DNA from: an uncultured delta proteobacterium
GTDB lineage: Bacteria > Desulfobacterota > Binatia > HRBIN30 > BPIQ01
Assembly: GCA_963761335.1 (NCBI GenBank)
Contig: CAVXGR010000011.1
Span: forward strand, 288,001 to 352,000
DNA: 64,000 bases
Direction: 5' to 3'
Shown here: positions 27,730 through 35,427 of the stretch, piece after piece
Layout: each line of letters starts with the position of its first letter
Numbering within the stretch: position 1 is the first letter of the stretch
Position numbers and translations under genes: made by a program
Notes under the pieces: model-generated
What the model saw: the letters and a program-made list of their open reading frames with translations, nothing else
What the model was told of the DNA's origin: nothing
Databases searched by the model: none

Positions 27730-29604
27730 ATGCTTCGTCGCTTCCTGACAGGAGGGGTCGCCCTCGCCGTTTTGGCCTTGTTCGGCTCCGCCTCGGCGCT
27801 CGCCCAGGTCACCTCAGCCGACCAGGTCTGCGCCGCCGCCGCCGACCCCTGCGTGGTCTCCACCACTGTCCAGGTCGCCGACGGCGCCTCGCTGGACTTC
27901 GGCAACCGCACCCTCCAGATTCAGTCGAACGGCACGCTCGCGGTCGGCCCCGGAGTAATGACCCTGTCGATGGGCACCCTGCAGGTGAACAGCGGCGGCA
28001 AGATCACCGCCATCGACTCGGCGAGTGGCGGCATCATCAACATCGACGCCACCGGAGGCGTAAACATCAGCGGCACCATCGACGCCTCGGGAGACGTCGC
28101 CGGCTCGGTCGCCATCTCCGCCGCCGGCAGCTTCCAGCTGACCAGCGGTACCATCCGCGCCAAGGGCGATGTCGGCGAAATCGATATCGATGCGGCCGAC
28201 GCGAGCATTCTCGGCAACATCGATGCCTCCGGCGCCTCGGAGCAGACGGGCGGAGACATCACCATCACGGTCGCCGGCCCGGTGACCGTGGCCCAGACAA
28301 TCACCGTGTCCAGCGGCACCGATGCCGACGCCGGCGACCTCGAGATCGACAGTGGCAGCAACGTCCTCCTGAACAGCAGTGCCCGTCTGAACGCCGACGG
28401 CAGCGGCTTCGGTTTTGGCGGCAACATTACCTTGAGCGCTGGCGATCCGACTCTCGGCGACGGCAGCGGCAACGGCGCGCTCACTCTCGATTCCGGCTCC
28501 GCATTCGTGATCTCTGCGAACGGTGGCAGCAGCGCCGACGGCGCTGGCGACGGCGGCACCTTCGACATCAGCGTCGGAACGGCCTGCACCTTCAGCAGCA
28601 AGATGAGCGCCAACAGTGGATCCCCGGACGGCAGCGGCGGCGGTATCGACATCAGCTGTGGCGAGAGCGGCATCGGCTCACTGACTGTCAAGAACCAGAT
28701 TGCGGCCCGCGGCATCGGCTCGGATTCGTCCGGAGGCGAGGTCGATCTCGCCGGCACCGACGGCGTCTCCATTCCGTCGCCCGGCCAGATCGACGTCACC
28801 GGGGGATCTGGTGGCGGCGGATCGGCGGGCGTCTCGGCCACCGGCAACATCACCATCGCCGACCGCATCAACGCCAGCAGCATCAGCGACGGTCCGGGAG
28901 GCTCCATTGACATCTTCACCACCAGTCCGACCACGGCCGATCTGACCTTGCTGGCGAGCGGTCGGCTCAATGCCGACGGCAACGGCGCCGGCTCGTCCGG
29001 CGGTGACATTTCCATGTTCGGTTGCAAGGTGATCGAAAACTCCGGGGCGCAGACCACCGTTAGCGGCGACCTCGGCTCGATCTCGGTGACCGGGGTGAAC
29101 CAGGTCGACATCTCCGGAACCCTGCTGGCGGATAGCAACACCGGATCGATCGAGTTCTTCTTCCGCGACTCCCTTCCTTTCATCCAGGCGACGGCATCCG
29201 TGCAGCCGCCGGCGACACAACACTTCAACTTCAGCCTTCCGGGTTGTGGCACACCGGCACCGGTCTACACCTTGACGGTCACCCCGACCGAGAAGGTCAC
29301 CGAGACGCCGACACCGACGCGAACGATGGCGGTGCGCAATACGCCCACGCCGACGCCGAGCCGGACGCCGACGCACACCATTCCACCGACGATCACTCCG
29401 ACGCCCACACAGGCGCGACCGTCGCCGACGCCGACCATCTCGCCGACACCGCAGATGTGCAGCGGCGTGCTGGGACCGGAAGACGTGATCCGCACCATCT
29501 TCGACCGAACCGGATTCCTGTGCATGGATGCCGACGTCAACGGCGACGGCGCCGTCAACGCCGCCGACCTCACGGCACTCGTCCAGTCCCTGGCCGGCAG
29601 CTGA
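27730..29604 (+). CDS. Secreted Gly/Ser-rich beta-helix-like protein with Pro/Thr linker and C-terminal dockerin-like module
   Basis: Signal peptide MLRRFLTGG..ASALA; repeated GGxIxI/A.G units; TPTPT linker; DADVNGDGAVNAADLTALV. Confidence 0.82.
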   Translation: MLRRFLTGGVALAVLALFGSASALAQVTSADQVCAAAADPCVVSTTVQVADGASLDFGNRTLQIQSNGTLAVGPGVMTLSMGTLQVNSGGKITAIDSASGGIINIDATGGVNISGTIDASGDVAGSVAISAAGSFQLTSGTIRAKGDVGEIDIDAADASILGNIDASGASEQTGGDITITVAGPVTVAQTITVSSGTDADAGDLEIDSGSNVLLNSSARLNADGSGFGFGGNITLSAGDPTLGDGSGNGALTLDSGSAFVISANGGSSADGAGDGGTFDISVGTACTFSSKMSANSGSPDGSGGGIDISCGESGIGSLTVKNQIAARGIGSDSSGGEVDLAGTDGVSIPSPGQIDVTGGSGGGGSAGVSATGNITIADRINASSISDGPGGSIDIFTTSPTTADLTLLASGRLNADGNGAGSSGGDISMFGCKVIENSGAQTTVSGDLGSISVTGVNQVDISGTLLADSNTGSIEFFFRDSLPFIQATASVQPPATQHFNFSLPGCGTPAPVYTLTVTPTEKVTETPTPTRTMAVRNTPTPTPSRTPTHTIPPTITPTPTQARPSPTPTISPTPQMCSGVLGPEDVIRTIFDRTGFLCMDADVNGDGAVNAADLTALVQSLAGS

Positions 29605-29640
29605 ACCGCCGCGGCGCGCGTCTGCCCGGCGTCCGCGGTC

Positions 29641-30513
29641 TCACTCGCCGAGGAAGGCTCGGACCTCCTCGAGAAATCTGTCGAGCTGGTCATGGTGGAC
29701 CCAGTGACCGGCCTTCTCGATATTGACCAGCCGATAGTTGCGAAAAGCGGAGGCGCGGCCGTCCTCCTCGGGATCCGATGCCCACGACTCGGTGCCGCGG
29801 ATCAGCAGCGTCGGGCAGGTGATCTCACTCCACAGCGCCCGCGCCTCGCGCATGTTGAAGAGATAGGGCGAGGCGGCGCGCACGTAGTTGTCGAACTTCC
29901 AGGTGTAGGTGCCGTCCTCGTTGCGGTTCACCCCGTGAACGGTGAGGTGGTAGGCCTGCGCCGGGGTCAGACGGGGATTGGCTTCACGCATGCGGGCCAC
30001 GGCCTCCTCGAGGCTGGAGTAGCGGCGCGGATGGCGGGTGGCCAGCGCCTGCATCTCGGCGATCCACTGCTGCATACGGACCTGGGCCGGCGTCTCGCGC
30101 AGGAGATACGGCGGCGGGCCGAGGCCCTCGATGGCCACCACCCGCGACACCCGCTCGGGGAAGGTACCGGCGTACTGGAGGGCCACCGAGCCGCCGAGAG
30201 AATGGCCGACGATGGTGATCGGAAACACCTGCAGGGCATCGAGCAGCTGCGCCACGTCGAGCGTGTAGTCGATGAGGGCGTAGGAGCCGCCGCAAGCCCA
30301 CTGCGAGTCGCCATGACCGCGCAGGTCGGGGGCGATGAGGTGCCAGTCCCGCCGGAGCTCACGCGCCACCCAGTCCCAGTTGCGGCAGTGGTCCCGCCCT
30401 CCGTGGACGAGCAGCAGCGGCGGCTTCTGCGGATTCCCCCAGTCGACGTAGTGCAGCTTCAGGCGTTGCGAGTAGTAGTAGTGCGAGGTCGGGCCGATCA
30501 GCTCGATTGACAT
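29641..30513 (-). CDS. Alpha/beta hydrolase
   Basis: LVHGG, PDLRGHGDS, GHSLGG, AGHWVHHD. Confidence 0.92.
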   Translation of the reverse strand: MSIELIGPTSHYYYSQRLKLHYVDWGNPQKPPLLLVHGGRDHCRNWDWVARELRRDWHLIAPDLRGHGDSQWACGGSYALIDYTLDVAQLLDALQVFPITIVGHSLGGSVALQYAGTFPERVSRVVAIEGLGPPPYLLRETPAQVRMQQWIAEMQALATRHPRRYSSLEEAVARMREANPRLTPAQAYHLTVHGVNRNEDGTYTWKFDNYVRAASPYLFNMREARALWSEITCPTLLIRGTESWASDPEEDGRASAFRNYRLVNIEKAGHWVHHDQLDRFLEEVRAFLGE

Positions 30514-30601
30514 GCCGACAGCTTAGCGCGAGGGCTTCGCGGCGGCCACCAGCCCGCCCCTTCCAAACGACGGAAAAATCAATATACAAGGGTCCATCCG
30601 C

Positions 30602-31066
30602 ATGCGAGTCAGCGACACCCTCGACGCCTCGACCATCATCACCGGCGCCCAGTGGCCCGACTTCGACACCGTCGTCGAGAGGCTGGTCGCCTGCCTGGTC
30701 GAATCGGGCCGCCTGCCCGCCAGCCTGCAGGCACGGGCCGTCGCCGCCATCGGCGAGCGCGAGCGCATGGCCAGCACGGCGATGGTGGACATCGGCGTCA
30801 GCATTCCCCACACCCGCCTCGACGGCGTCCAGCGCATCATCAGTGCCCTGGCGCTGTCGCCGAAATCGATCTACGGCGCCAGGACCGGCACACCCATCTC
30901 CATCGTCGCCCTGGCGCTCTCGCCCCCGGCGCTCACCGGCGAGCACCTGAATCTGCTGTCGGCGTTCTCGCTCCTCCTGCATTCGGCGCCGGCGCGGCGC
31001 AGCCTACAGAATGCGGCGACCCCGGAAGCGGCGATGGAGCTGATCCGCGAGCACGAGCGCCGCTGA
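30602..31066 (+). CDS. PTS EIIA (Ntr/Fru-type) domain protein
   Basis: ERERMAST..GVSIPHTR (phospho-His motif) and EHLNLLS. Confidence 0.8.
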   Translation: MRVSDTLDASTIITGAQWPDFDTVVERLVACLVESGRLPASLQARAVAAIGERERMASTAMVDIGVSIPHTRLDGVQRIISALALSPKSIYGARTGTPISIVALALSPPALTGEHLNLLSAFSLLLHSAPARRSLQNAATPEAAMELIREHERR

Positions 31067-31074
31067 GGGACGCC

Positions 31075-32568
31075 TCAGGCGGCGGCAGCCTCGGTGACCG
31101 CTGCGGGCAGATAGACGCGCACGCAGGTACCGCGGCCCGGCTCGCTCTCGATGCGCAGCGCTCCCTGGTGGGCCTGCACGATGTGCTTGACGATGGCCAG
31201 CCCCAGACCGGTGCCGCCGAGCTCGCGCGAGCGCGCCTTGTCGACCCGGTAGAACCTCTCCGTCAGCCGCGGGAGCTCGTGCTTGGGGATACCGATGCCG
31301 GTGTCGATCACGGCGATCTCGATCCAGGGTCGCTGCTGCACATCGCCGCCGATCCGCTCCTGGGCCGGTCCCGATGGACTGGCCAGCGCGGCGCGCACGG
31401 TGACGCTGCCGCCCGGTGAGGTGTACTTCACGGCGTTGTCGATGAGGTTGACGAGCACCTGCTCGACGCGGTCGGCGTCGGCGTAGAGCGACGGTAGATT
31501 CTCCGAGAGCTGCTTGGAGATGACCACCTGGCGCTGCTCCGCCTTCTCGCGCACCACGTCGATGGCGGCATCGACGGCCGGCCCGAGAGGCATGGGGGCG
31601 CGCTGCAGCTCGGTGCGGCCGAGCTCCAGGTCCGACAGGATGAGCAGGTCGTCGATCAAGCGGCCGAGGCGCTCCGAGTGCCGCTCGATGATGCCCACGA
31701 ACTTGCGCGCCAGGAGCGGGTCCTCGATGGCGCGCTCGCGCAGGGTCTCGGCGTATCCGCGAATTGCTGTCAGCGGCGTGCGCAGCTCGTGCGAGACGTT
31801 GGCGACGAAGTCGCGGCGCGTCACCTCCAGCCGCTTGAGCTCGGTAATGTCGTGGAAGACGAGGATGAAGAGCTGCGGCTCGTTCAGCTCGGGGATCGGC
31901 GTGGCCGTGACCTGTAGGGTCTCGCGCCCCTCGCCCTCCAGGGTCACCGTGCGAATGTGGCGCTCGCCGCGACCGCTCATCACGGCCCGCACCAGATCGC
32001 GCAGCTCGGGATCGCGGGAGACGTTGATGAGTGGCTGGCCCAGGAGCGGGCTGCGGGCCGTTCCTCCAAAGAGCTGATCGGCGCGCTGGTTGCTCAGGCG
32101 GATGGTGCCGTCGCGGTCGATGACCAGCACCCCCTCCACCATCCCGCGCAGCACCGCCTCCAGCTTGCCCTTCTCCTCGCGCGCCGAGCGGAGCTGCTCG
32201 CCGAGGCTGGTGGCCATGGCGGCCAGGTCGGCCTCGAGCCGGCTCACGGTGTCCTCGGCATCGGCGACGGCCGACGCGGGCATCCCCGCGTACGCCACCG
32301 CCTTGGAAAACTCGGCGAGCCGCGTCAGGCGCTCGGAGATCCGGCGCGAAACCAGCAGCACCGGCAGCAGCATTGCCGCCGCGGCGATCACCAGGGCGAT
32401 CCACATGCCCGCCAGCATGCGGTCGATCACCTCCGCCGAGGTCGGCTCGAGGGAGTAGCTGCGCAGAACCCAGTCGCCGTACGCGAGAAGCCCCGCGGCG
32501 ACGATGGCCAGCGTCAGCAGGTAGGGCGCCAGCAGCCGGACGAGAAGTCGATCAGGCTTCCAGCGCAC
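31075..32568 (-). CDS. phoR: Phosphate regulon sensor histidine kinase
   Basis: TM-HAMP-PAS, RRDFVANVSHELRTPLTAI, NLIDNAVKY, ERFYRVDKARSR, GGTGLGL; follows phoB; start uncertain. Confidence 0.88.
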   Translation of the reverse strand: MRWKPDRLLVRLLAPYLLTLAIVAAGLLAYGDWVLRSYSLEPTSAEVIDRMLAGMWIALVIAAAAMLLPVLLVSRRISERLTRLAEFSKAVAYAGMPASAVADAEDTVSRLEADLAAMATSLGEQLRSAREEKGKLEAVLRGMVEGVLVIDRDGTIRLSNQRADQLFGGTARSPLLGQPLINVSRDPELRDLVRAVMSGRGERHIRTVTLEGEGRETLQVTATPIPELNEPQLFILVFHDITELKRLEVTRRDFVANVSHELRTPLTAIRGYAETLRERAIEDPLLARKFVGIIERHSERLGRLIDDLLILSDLELGRTELQRAPMPLGPAVDAAIDVVREKAEQRQVVISKQLSENLPSLYADADRVEQVLVNLIDNAVKYTSPGGSVTVRAALASPSGPAQERIGGDVQQRPWIEIAVIDTGIGIPKHELPRLTERFYRVDKARSRELGGTGLGLAIVKHIVQAHQGALRIESEPGRGTCVRVYLPAAVTEAAAA

Positions 32569-33319
32569 GTTCGTTGAACTTGTAACCCACACCGCGCACG
32601 GTGACGATCAGCTCCGGGTTGGCATCGTCCCGTTCGATGCGTTTGCGGAGCCGCCGCACGTGAACGTCCACGGTGCGCGGCTCGACGTAGGTGTCCTGCC
32701 CCCAGACGAGATCGAGAATCTGCAGGCGATCGTAGACGCGGTTGGGGGAGCGGACGAAGAAGCGCAGCAGCTCGAACTCCCGCAGGGACAGCTCCACCTT
32801 GGCGCCGTCCAGAGTCACCTCGTAGGTGTCGAAGTCGATGCACAGGCGCCCCTTCTCGTAGACCTCGTGCGGGCGTTCGAGCTCGCTGCCGTAGGCACGC
32901 CGCAGGACGGCGCGCACGCGAGCCACCAGCTCGCGCGGGCTGAACGGCTTGGTGACGTAGTCATCGGCGCCGAGCTCGAGACCGAGAACCCGATCCGGCT
33001 CGGCGGCGCGGGCGGTGAGGATGACGATGGGAATACCGGCCGTCTGCTCGTCGCCGCGCAGCCGGCGACAGATCTCCAGCCCCGGGGTTCCCGGCAGCAT
33101 GAGGTCGAGAACGATCAGCGCCGGCCGCTCACGCCGCACAGCCTGCAAAGCCTTCTCGCCGTCCTCGGCGACGGCCACCGCGAAGCCCTCCTGGGTGAGA
33201 TTGAAGCGCACCAGATCGGCGATGTCGCGCTCGTCCTCGACCACGAGGATGACCTTCTTCTCGCCTTCAGCGGCCGCCACCACCGGTTGTGTCCGCGAGT
33301 TTTCGCGCTTCTGCATCAT
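32552..33319 (-). CDS. phoB: OmpR/PhoB-family response regulator
   Basis: VVEDE, LDLMLP, GADDYVTKPFS, RTVDVHVRRLR, TVRGVGY; lies between phoU and phoR. Confidence 0.88.
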   Translation of the reverse strand: MMQKRENSRTQPVVAAAEGEKKVILVVEDERDIADLVRFNLTQEGFAVAVAEDGEKALQAVRRERPALIVLDLMLPGTPGLEICRRLRGDEQTAGIPIVILTARAAEPDRVLGLELGADDYVTKPFSPRELVARVRAVLRRAYGSELERPHEVYEKGRLCIDFDTYEVTLDGAKVELSLREFELLRFFVRSPNRVYDRLQILDLVWGQDTYVEPRTVDVHVRRLRKRIERDDANPELIVTVRGVGYKFNERALEA

Positions 33320-33387
33320 GTCGGCATCACCCCGGGGCTCCTGCCGCGGCGCCACTCGCCGCCGAAGCGGCGAAGCTCGATCGCCTG

Positions 33388-34086
33388 TCAGATCGAGGGC
33401 GGCACGTGATCGAGATGGCGAATGCTCTTCCCCTTCACCATGAACACGACCATCTCGGAGATGTTGGTCGCGTGGTCGGCGATTCGCTCGATGTACTTGG
33501 CGATGAACAGCAGGCGGATGGCACGGCTGATCGTCTGCGGATCCTCCATCATGTACGAGATCAGCTCGCGGAAGAGCTGTCCGTTCAGCTCGTCGATGAT
33601 ATCGTCGTCGCGGCACACCTTGAGGGCCAGCTCGACGTCCTCGCGAACAAAGGCATCGAGGCATTCGCGCAGCATGACCTGCGACACCTCGGACATGCGC
33701 GGGATGTCGATGAAGGGCTTCAGCTGGCTCTCCTGGTTGAGCTCGAGCACCCGCTCGCACATGTTGACGGCCATGTCGCCGATGCGTTCCAGATCGGTGG
33801 TGATCTTCAGCGCCGTGGTGATCAGGCGCAGATCCTTGGCGGCCGGCTGATGCAGGGCGAGCAGGCGGATGCAGAGCTCGTCGATCTCGACGTCCATGCG
33901 GTTGACAGTGTGATCGCGCTCGATGGTCTCGCGCGCCTGATCGTCGTTTCTTTCGACCAGTGCCTCGATCGAGTGGGTGATCTGCTTCTCGACCAGACCG
34001 CCCATCTCGAGGATCTTGAGATGGAGCTCCTTGAGCTCCGCCTCGTAGTGGCGATCGGTATGCTGTCGAAGGTCCAACGGCATCAT
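33388..34086 (-). CDS. phoU: Phosphate signalling protein PhoU
   Basis: QPAAKDLR, DLERIGDMAVN, ERIADHATNISE. Confidence 0.95.
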   Translation of the reverse strand: MMPLDLRQHTDRHYEAELKELHLKILEMGGLVEKQITHSIEALVERNDDQARETIERDHTVNRMDVEIDELCIRLLALHQPAAKDLRLITTALKITTDLERIGDMAVNMCERVLELNQESQLKPFIDIPRMSEVSQVMLRECLDAFVREDVELALKVCRDDDIIDELNGQLFRELISYMMEDPQTISRAIRLLFIAKYIERIADHATNISEMVVFMVKGKSIRHLDHVPPSI

Positions 34087-34119
34087 CCTTTCCCGAGGGT
34101 AATGGGGACGAGGAAAATA

Positions 34120-34135
34120 AGCAATCTCCACGCCT
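34120..34135 (-). promoter_or_regulatory. Possible sigma-54-like promoter upstream of phoU
   Basis: Minus strand AGGCGT-GGAGA-TTGCT (GG-N10-GC) about 35 bp before the ATG; imperfect -24 box. Confidence 0.35.
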
Positions 34136-34272
34136 CCCCAGAGGAGTCGCCGCAGCTTCACGGAACGGAGGTGCGCCCGTACTCGGCGGCGGCTCGGCCC
34201 GTCGCCCGCCGCGCCCCACCGCTTGCGGCCAAGCTGGCCGCGATCTCCGGGGATGTGCTACTTCCCGTCGCC

Positions 34273-34569
34273 ATGCGCGGCTGCGAGCTTTGCCAGCTGG
34301 CGCGAACGACCAGGTGGTATGCCGAGTTCACCGAGCCGTTTCGCTTTGCGGTGCTCGACTGCGACTCGTGCGAGGTGCCGATGGCCGTCCTCGGCGCACA
34401 CCGCGCCGCGCCCAGCCCCGAAGAGCGCGCCGTCATGCAGGCGGCGCTGGGCCGGATCGCTGATGAGAAGTACCCGCAAGGATGGTTCTTCGACGACCAC
34501 ATGCGGCAGATCCCGGAGCACTACCACCTGCACGCCCGGCCGTACCCGGCGTGGGCGGTGCGGCGGTAG
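34273..34569 (+). CDS. Small HIT-like protein with two CxxC pairs
   Basis: CELC, CDSC and IPEHYHLHAR histidine-triad-like motif. Confidence 0.7.
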   Translation: MRGCELCQLARTTRWYAEFTEPFRFAVLDCDSCEVPMAVLGAHRAAPSPEERAVMQAALGRIADEKYPQGWFFDDHMRQIPEHYHLHARPYPAWAVRR

Positions 34570-34615
34570 GACGCCGCAAGGGAGCGGCGCAACCATTCAC
34601 CGGTGGGGTGAAGTT

Positions 34616-34738
34616 GGCTTTGCCCAACGAGTCGAACGGACGGTGCCACCACCGAAGGTTGTTGGGTTGTTGCGTTGTTGGTTGTTGGTAAGAAGGGGTG
34701 AACTGACCCAACAACCGAACACGTAGCAACCAACAACC
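34616..34738. repeat. About 124-bp GTTGTTG-rich dispersed repeat, copy 1
   Basis: Reverse complement of 39281-39404, with a 36-nt identical core; internal GTTGTTG/CAACAAC fold-back. Confidence 0.85.
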
Positions 34739-35061
34739 TGACCGCTGGTCTGGCGCCGAAACGGCCTCGCTTCCCCTTGGCGATTCGCCCCTAGACTTGC
34801 GCCCGGCTGCCTGCTACACGGGTTACTTCCCTGGCGGGAGCGAGCGGCGGTGTGCCGCCGGAAATCCGCTCGGGGGTCGGCCCGCGGGCGTGCTTCCATC
34901 TGCTCTCGGTTCATCTTCCAGAATCGCGAGATCGGGTCCTTTGGCCGGGGACGAGAGAGAACAAAGGAGGAGAGTTTGGCAGTTCCATCCAACGTCATCG
35001 AGTGCAGCACGGGGAGCCCGGCGCGCGCGGTTCGCGCGCCTCGCCGCAACGGAGGGTTCCC

Positions 35062-35412
35062 ATGGCAGAGGTAGCGACGAGCGCTCCCGAGCGCAGCGAG
35101 CGCCGGGAGGGGGAGCGTTCCGACCGCCCGGATCGCCCCGATCGGCCGGAACGTTCCGAGCGACGGGGTGAAGGCGGCAGCTACAATCGCCGCGGCCAAG
35201 CTCTGACGGTAGTGGTGGACGATCGCGGCATCGAGGCGGCGCTGCGCGTCTTCAAGAAGCTGGTGATCAAAGAAGGCCTGCTCAAGGACATCAAGCGCCA
35301 CGAGCGCTACGAAAAGCCAGGCGACCGCAAGCGCCGCAAGACGCGGGAAGCGATTCGCCGCCGGCGCCGCCAAGCGGCGCGTACCCGCGGCCGCTTCGGC
35401 GATCGCGAGTAG
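35062..35412 (+). CDS. rpsU: 30S ribosomal protein bS21 with charged N-terminal extension
   Basis: IEAALRVFKK..EGLLKDIKRHERYEKPGDRKRRK; GGAGGG RBS. Confidence 0.9.
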   Translation: MAEVATSAPERSERREGERSDRPDRPDRPERSERRGEGGSYNRRGQALTVVVDDRGIEAALRVFKKLVIKEGLLKDIKRHERYEKPGDRKRRKTREAIRRRRRQAARTRGRFGDRE

Positions 35413-35427
35413 AGGCGAGCCACCTTC

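Noticed and set aside
34616..34738. Possible CRISPR array in the GTTGTTG repeats
   Set aside because: Units are only 7-8 nt with no unique spacers, and there are no cas genes.
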